Shown here one piece after another: positions 59,201 through 64,000 of a stretch of 64,000 nt of DNA. The number at the start of each line of letters is the position of its first letter. Position 1 is the first letter of the stretch. Below the pieces are notes generated by a model, which saw only the letters and a list, made by a program, of their open reading frames with translations, was not told where the DNA came from and searched no databases. Both the position numbers and the translations under genes were made by a program. This DNA comes from an uncultured Planctomycetota bacterium (GTDB lineage: Bacteria; Planctomycetota; Planctomycetia; Isosphaerales; Isosphaeraceae): NCBI GenBank assembly GCA_963823665.1, contig CAWGMQ010000005.1, positions 1,376,001 to 1,440,000 on the forward strand, given 5' to 3'.

Positions 59201-61108
59201 GTAAGGGGGCTCCCGCTGCCAACTTGAGCCGTCGTGGTGTTGCTGGCAATCGAGAGCGCGACGGCGGGGCTGACGGCCACACCGCTTTTCGAGGTGGCCC
59301 CTGTCGTACTCGTCGTGGTCATCGTATCGCTCGAGCCGGCGCCCAGAGTCAAATCGTCGGCGCCCGTCAGTTGTGCCGTGTTTTCGAGGTCGGCTTGCGC
59401 GGTATTCGTGGCAACGTTCAAGGCGAGCGACGCCCCGACGCCGACGTTCGAGCCCATGCTGCCCCCGGTGAAAGGCATCGCTGACGCCGTCTCGGTGACG
59501 TTGTTCTGGGCAGAAAGTGTCACGTCGTCGCCACTGGAGACCGCCAGCGTGTCGCCGGCGTCGACCACTGCGTCACTGGTGTTGGAGACCAGGTTGATGG
59601 CAAGGGCACCGGCCACACCGACGTTCGTGCCGCCTGGCCCGGAAGTCGCCTGGCCACCGTAATTGTTTGAGCCGGGCGTGAGGGTCTGGACCGTGATCGC
59701 CGGTGCAGAGAGATTCGCATTCGCCTGGATCGAGGCCTCGTTGGTCGAATGGGCAAGGTCGATGGCGACGGCGACTCCGACTCCTGTGGCGCCAGTCGTC
59801 GCGCTGCCGTCGGCCGTGGTCGAGTCGCTCGTGCTCGAGCTCGCGTTGATGTTGATCGCGACCACGCCTGAGATCTTTCCGGTTGAGGCAATGTACGCCT
59901 CGGTGTCTCGCGTCAGGTCGGTCACTGCCAGCGCGCCCACAAGCCCGACGGCCCCGTCGCTGGTCTGCGCGTTGTACGTCGTCAGGTCCGTCTGGGTACT
60001 CGGATCGTTTTGAGTCGCGCCCAGAGGCGTCGACTTGGCCGTGGTTGTGGCGGTCGTGTTCGACGTCGACGAGACGGTGACCGTCGAACCCGAGGCGGTG
60101 GCGCTGCCGTCGATGTAGGCTTGGGTAGTCGAATTGACCAGCGAGACGACGACCACGCCGCCAGCGGCGGCCGGCCCAGCCGCCGTGCCGTCGGCGTCCG
60201 CCGTGGCGTTCGTGGTATTCGTCGCCGTCACGGCAAGGTTGCCCCCTGCCGAGATCTTTGCGGAGCCCGAAACCTGCGCGATGGCTCTCGACGTGACGGA
60301 CGAGTTGGCGACCGCCGCATCGACTCCGGTGGAACCCGGTGCGTTGGCGGGCGCGTCCGCGGTGATCATGGCGGTCGAAGTCGCTGCGATCGTGACGTCA
60401 CCTGTGCCGATGATCTGCGAGCCCGTCGCTCGGCGATGTCGGGTCGATCGCGATGGTGGCATTCGAGCCAACGTTCACATTCGCCAGGTTCGCACCCAGG
60501 ACGCCGTTGCCGTTGGTCGAGGCCGTCATCGCCCCGGCGGCGTCGATGGTGATGTCCGCGCCCTCGATCATGGAGCTCGAGATGGTGATCTGGGCACTGG
60601 CCTGGCCGGTCGTGCCGGTCATCGTACTCGTGCCGGGCTCGCTGTCGGCAATCTGAAAGGAGACGTTGCCCGTCGTGCTGAAGCCGCTATTGGTGACGTT
60701 CAGCGTGGTGACGTCCGTGACACTCGCCATCTGACCGAGACTGATCGGGCCCGCGACGCTGCCGAGATCTTTGAAGGTGACACTCTGGTTCGACAGGCTA
60801 TTGCCAGTAATGCTCAGCCCGGACGGAAACGCCGCGGGGCTGAATGCTCCGCCGCCGTAGCCCGTGCCGCTGACATCAACATTCGTGCCGTCAAACGAAA
60901 TCGTTGCACTGTCTCCGGCGGCGCTCAGGGTCACATCCAGAACCGAAGAGTTCACACTCGCGCTGACAGCGAGCAGAGTCCGGTCTTCCAAGACTTGAAC
61001 GATCAGGTCCCGAAACTCCAGGCGCCTGCGCCGCCCCGAAGAGCGAGGCCGAGAATTATCAGCCTGTACATGCCTCGAGCCGAAACGGTGCAACCAGTTG
61101 CGAGTCAT
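44297..61108 (-). CDS. Giant secreted adhesin-like protein (about 5,500 aa if frameshifts are corrected) with a LEPR-XLL N-terminus
   Basis: VQVLEDRTLLA near the N-terminus; continuous G/A/S/T/V-rich beta-helix-like repeats (GVAGSVAINIV, TQAYI) across many shifted frames; poly-Pro linker; C-terminal GRLIDGDKNGQAGGNAVA. Confidence 0.8.
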
Positions 61109-61348
61109 GGGTGTAACTCCGACGGGTCGGACTTACTGAACTAATGATTACGAAGTGCTTTTCTGACCGCTCGGCCCGCGTTAGAATCCCCAGGGAGCCG
61201 GGTCTCTTGTTTCGATCGGGATTGGGGACTTTTGTTCCGCTGTCACCCTCCTTCTACTGGGGGTGTGACCGGGCCGGCTCAAATTGATCTCCGGAGGCGC
61301 TCCTCCAAATCGGGCCAGTTCATCAGTGCACCGCGGGGGACTGGGCGG

Positions 61349-62071
61349 ATGGACCGTAACGAGCTGGACCAACATCTCAGCCGCGTCTCGACGATGTGGA
61401 CGATGGTCCTCCAGGCACACGGCGGCCAGGCCGACTCGGCGGCTCGAGCGCTCGCGGATCTGACACAGCGGTATTCTGGGGTGGTCTACCGCTACCTTCT
61501 CGGGGCCGTTCGCGACCCCGACGCAGCCGCCGAGCTCTCCCAAGAATTCGCCCTTCGCATCCTCCGAGGTGCCTTCCATCGCGCCGACCCCAGCCGTGGC
61601 CGCTTTCGCGACTACTTGAAGACGGCCCTCATCCACCTGGTCGACGACTACCATACGGCCCAGCGATCACGCCCCAGACCGCTCCGGCATGACGTCCCTG
61701 CGGGCTCCCCTCAGGATATCCCGGATACAGACCCGGATTTCCTTGCGAACTGGCGGGCGGAGCTGCTGGAGCGGACATGGAAATCGTTGGCGGACGCCCA
61801 GCCGACCTATCACGCAGTGCTGCTGTTCCGCGTCGAGAACCCCGAAGTCCCCTCGCCCGAGATGGCCGAACAACTCGCCGCTCGGCTGGGCGCATCGATG
61901 CGGCCCGATCAAGTCCGCAAAGCACTCCAGCGGTCCCATGCCAAGTTCGCCGAATTGCTGGTCGACGAGGTCGCCACCTCGCTGGGAGCCCCATCGCGTG
62001 ATGAGCTGGCCGAAGAGCTGCGCGAGCTCGATCTCCTGAAGTACTGCCGCTCCGCTCTGGAGCGGCACTGA
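61349..62071 (+). CDS. ECF sigma factor (planctomycete type)
   Basis: STMWTMV, RYSGVVYRYL, AAELSQEF, ADPSRGRFRDYLKTAL. Confidence 0.88.
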   Translation: MDRNELDQHLSRVSTMWTMVLQAHGGQADSAARALADLTQRYSGVVYRYLLGAVRDPDAAAELSQEFALRILRGAFHRADPSRGRFRDYLKTALIHLVDDYHTAQRSRPRPLRHDVPAGSPQDIPDTDPDFLANWRAELLERTWKSLADAQPTYHAVLLFRVENPEVPSPEMAEQLAARLGASMRPDQVRKALQRSHAKFAELLVDEVATSLGAPSRDELAEELRELDLLKYCRSALERH

Positions 62072-62083
62072 ACGTCGTCAGTT

Positions 62084-64000
62084 TCACCGCTTCTGAAATC
62101 GTCCTAGAAGCTGCCGGAACCGGCCCGACGACCGTAGCGAGTCGAGGTGCTCGTCCGACTTCAACAGCTTGATGCCCTCCGGAATGCGGAAGTAGCCGGC
62201 CTTCTCGGCCGCTTCGAGCATGGTGAGCGCATGCCCGGCGCAGTCCTCGGCAAACGTCTTCGAGTCGACCGGCATCGTGCCCGGCCCGGCCGGGATGACT
62301 TTCGCAGGAAAGCGCAGGTAGACCAGGGCTGCTTCGTAGTAATAGTCGCTGGACTCCGGATGCTCCCGGAGGAGCTTCTCCTCGATCTCCCGCGCGGACC
62401 GGCGGGTCGCTTCGGCCTCCGCCGGCCCACCACGCGCGTCGGCGACCAGGCTCAAGCACCGCAGGTCAAGCGCCAGGTTGTATCGGTAACCCCATGTATC
62501 GGGATGCTCGCGGACCAGCGACTCGAGCAACGCCCGGCACTTTCCCCACGAATCGGCCGCGTGGTCGATCTGCCCGTTGGATTCCAGCACCCCCAGCTCG
62601 TAGTGGCTCTTAGCCAGGAGATGCCGGTAAATGCTCCGCGCTGGCTGCTCGCGGACCAGCCGGCCCATGCGATCGAGCGCCTGAGCAAATCCCTCGGCCG
62701 CTTCGTCGGTCCGTCCGATATCGCGAAGCAGCACCGCCAAATTGAAGTGCGTGAACGCCAGGTCGTAGCGGACGCGGGTCGCGTCCAGGGCGAACGGCGT
62801 GACGGGCAGGTCGGTCCGTGGGCGTGAGGAATCTGGCGCTTCCTCCGCCAGGCCGCCGAAAATCGAAAGCGCGCTACGATACGACTCCTCGGCCCGCTCC
62901 CACTGCTTCTCAGTGCGATACCAGTTGCCCAGGTTCAGCCGGGTCTGCCCCAGGTCGCGGCGAAAGAGGAAGTTGCCGGGTTGCTCACGTACGAGTTGAT
63001 CCCGCAGGGCCAGGGCGCGCTCCCAGTCCACTCCACCCTGTTCATTTTGATTGTTTCGGCGGTGCAAGATGCCCAGGTTGTTGAAGCTGCGCGCCAGATC
63101 GCTGCGGTATTCCGGCCGGTCGGGATGGCGCTGGGCCAACCGCTCCTGAATCGCGATCGGCTCGGCCAGGAGTCTGATCCCCTCCGGAACCGAACGGGCT
63201 TCAGACACCATCACCGCCAGACGCCACCCCGCCCGCGCCCATCCAGCCTGGACGTCGGGATCGTCCGGTCGCTCCTGGGCGATTCGCTGATAAAAGTCGC
63301 GGGCCCGCTCGAGCAAGTCGATCCGCAGAGGGTCCATGGTCGCGACGTTCAGCAGCTTGTTCTCGCTCACCTCGGTGTAGAATCGCTGGACGGCGTCCAG
63401 GGCGAGCCGAAAGTCGGCCTCGGATTGCTGCTGTGCAACCTTGGCGGCGTCACGCTCGGCCTGGGCGATCGCACGTTCACGGCGCAGCCGCGCGTTGTAA
63501 GCGAGGGTCGACGCCAGGAGGGCGACCGCCGCAAGCGTGCTGACGGCGATCACCATCGCCGTGCCCGGATGCCGCCTCGTCCACTTTACGACTCGCTCCC
63601 ACGAGGCCGTGGGACGAGCCTGGATCGGCTTTCCATCCAGATAGCGCCGCAAGTCGTCGGCCAGAGCGCCCGCGCCTGCATAACGCCGTGACGGCTCCTT
63701 CTGAAGGCACCGCAGACAGATCGTCTCCAGGTCGCGAGACATGTGCGGTTGGAGCCGAGTCGGCGGCACTGGGTCCTCCGTCAGCAACTGGTGCACGGTC
63801 TCCTGCGCGGTGGCACCCTTGAATGGCGGCCGGCTCGTCACCATCTCGTACAGAATCGCGCCCAGCGCGTAGACGTCCGTGGCCGGCCCCGTGAGCTTGG
63901 CTTCTCCCCGGGCCTGTTCGGGCGCCATGTAGCTCGGCGTGCCCATGATCGCACCGCTCTGCGTATGCCCCGACGGAACATCCACCCACTTGGCCAGCCC
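62084..64000 (-). CDS. Ser/Thr protein kinase with TM segment and TPR repeats; 5' end outside the window
   Basis: GTPSYMAPEQARG, DVYALGAILYE, DLETICLRCLQKEP; TPRs such as LARSFNNLG. Confidence 0.93.
   Translation of the reverse strand, partial: GLAKWVDVPSGHTQSGAIMGTPSYMAPEQARGEAKLTGPATDVYALGAILYEMVTSRPPFKGATAQETVHQLLTEDPVPPTRLQPHMSRDLETICLRCLQKEPSRRYAGAGALADDLRRYLDGKPIQARPTASWERVVKWTRRHPGTAMVIAVSTLAAVALLASTLAYNARLRRERAIAQAERDAAKVAQQQSEADFRLALDAVQRFYTEVSENKLLNVATMDPLRIDLLERARDFYQRIAQERPDDPDVQAGWARAGWRLAVMVSEARSVPEGIRLLAEPIAIQERLAQRHPDRPEYRSDLARSFNNLGILHRRNNQNEQGGVDWERALALRDQLVREQPGNFLFRRDLGQTRLNLGNWYRTEKQWERAEESYRSALSIFGGLAEEAPDSSRPRTDLPVTPFALDATRVRYDLAFTHFNLAVLLRDIGRTDEAAEGFAQALDRMGRLVREQPARSIYRHLLAKSHYELGVLESNGQIDHAADSWGKCRALLESLVREHPDTWGYRYNLALDLRCLSLVADARGGPAEAEATRRSAREIEEKLLREHPESSDYYYEAALVYLRFPAKVIPAGPGTMPVDSKTFAEDCAGHALTMLEAAEKAGYFRIPEGIKLLKSDEHLDSLRSSGRFRQLLGRFQKR

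Overview
High-GC window, most likely from a planctomycete (Isosphaeraceae-like, inferred from a LEPR-XLL giant protein and ECF sigma/Ser-Thr kinase pairs). Almost every long gene carries single-base frameshifts, which looks like long-read indel error, so frameshifts alone are not treated as pseudogenisation. Left to right: (1) an imuA-imuB-dnaE2 mutasome cassette; (2) about 2 kb of largely non-coding DNA; (3) a three-gene DISARM-related defence operon (YprA/DUF1998 helicase with a C-terminal nuclease, SNF2 helicase, Eco57I-like adenine MTase), interrupted by an IS200-type Y1 transposase preceded by a 75-bp tandem array of double-hairpin units with variable spacers (24 units plus a terminal hairpin); (4) a roughly 20-kb mosaic of toxin-antitoxin genes, nucleases, redox genes and truncated gene pieces, many cut exactly at the 5' edge of short co-oriented REP-like motifs, plus a tRNA-Val 3' half that may be an att scar; (5) an SDR gene whose internally deleted copy lies about 38.6 kb away; (6) a roughly 16.8-kb secreted adhesin-like gene and an ECF sigma/STK-TPR pair. 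The strongest candidates for a new system are the TnpA-linked hairpin-spacer array and the motif-delimited gene-fragment mosaic.
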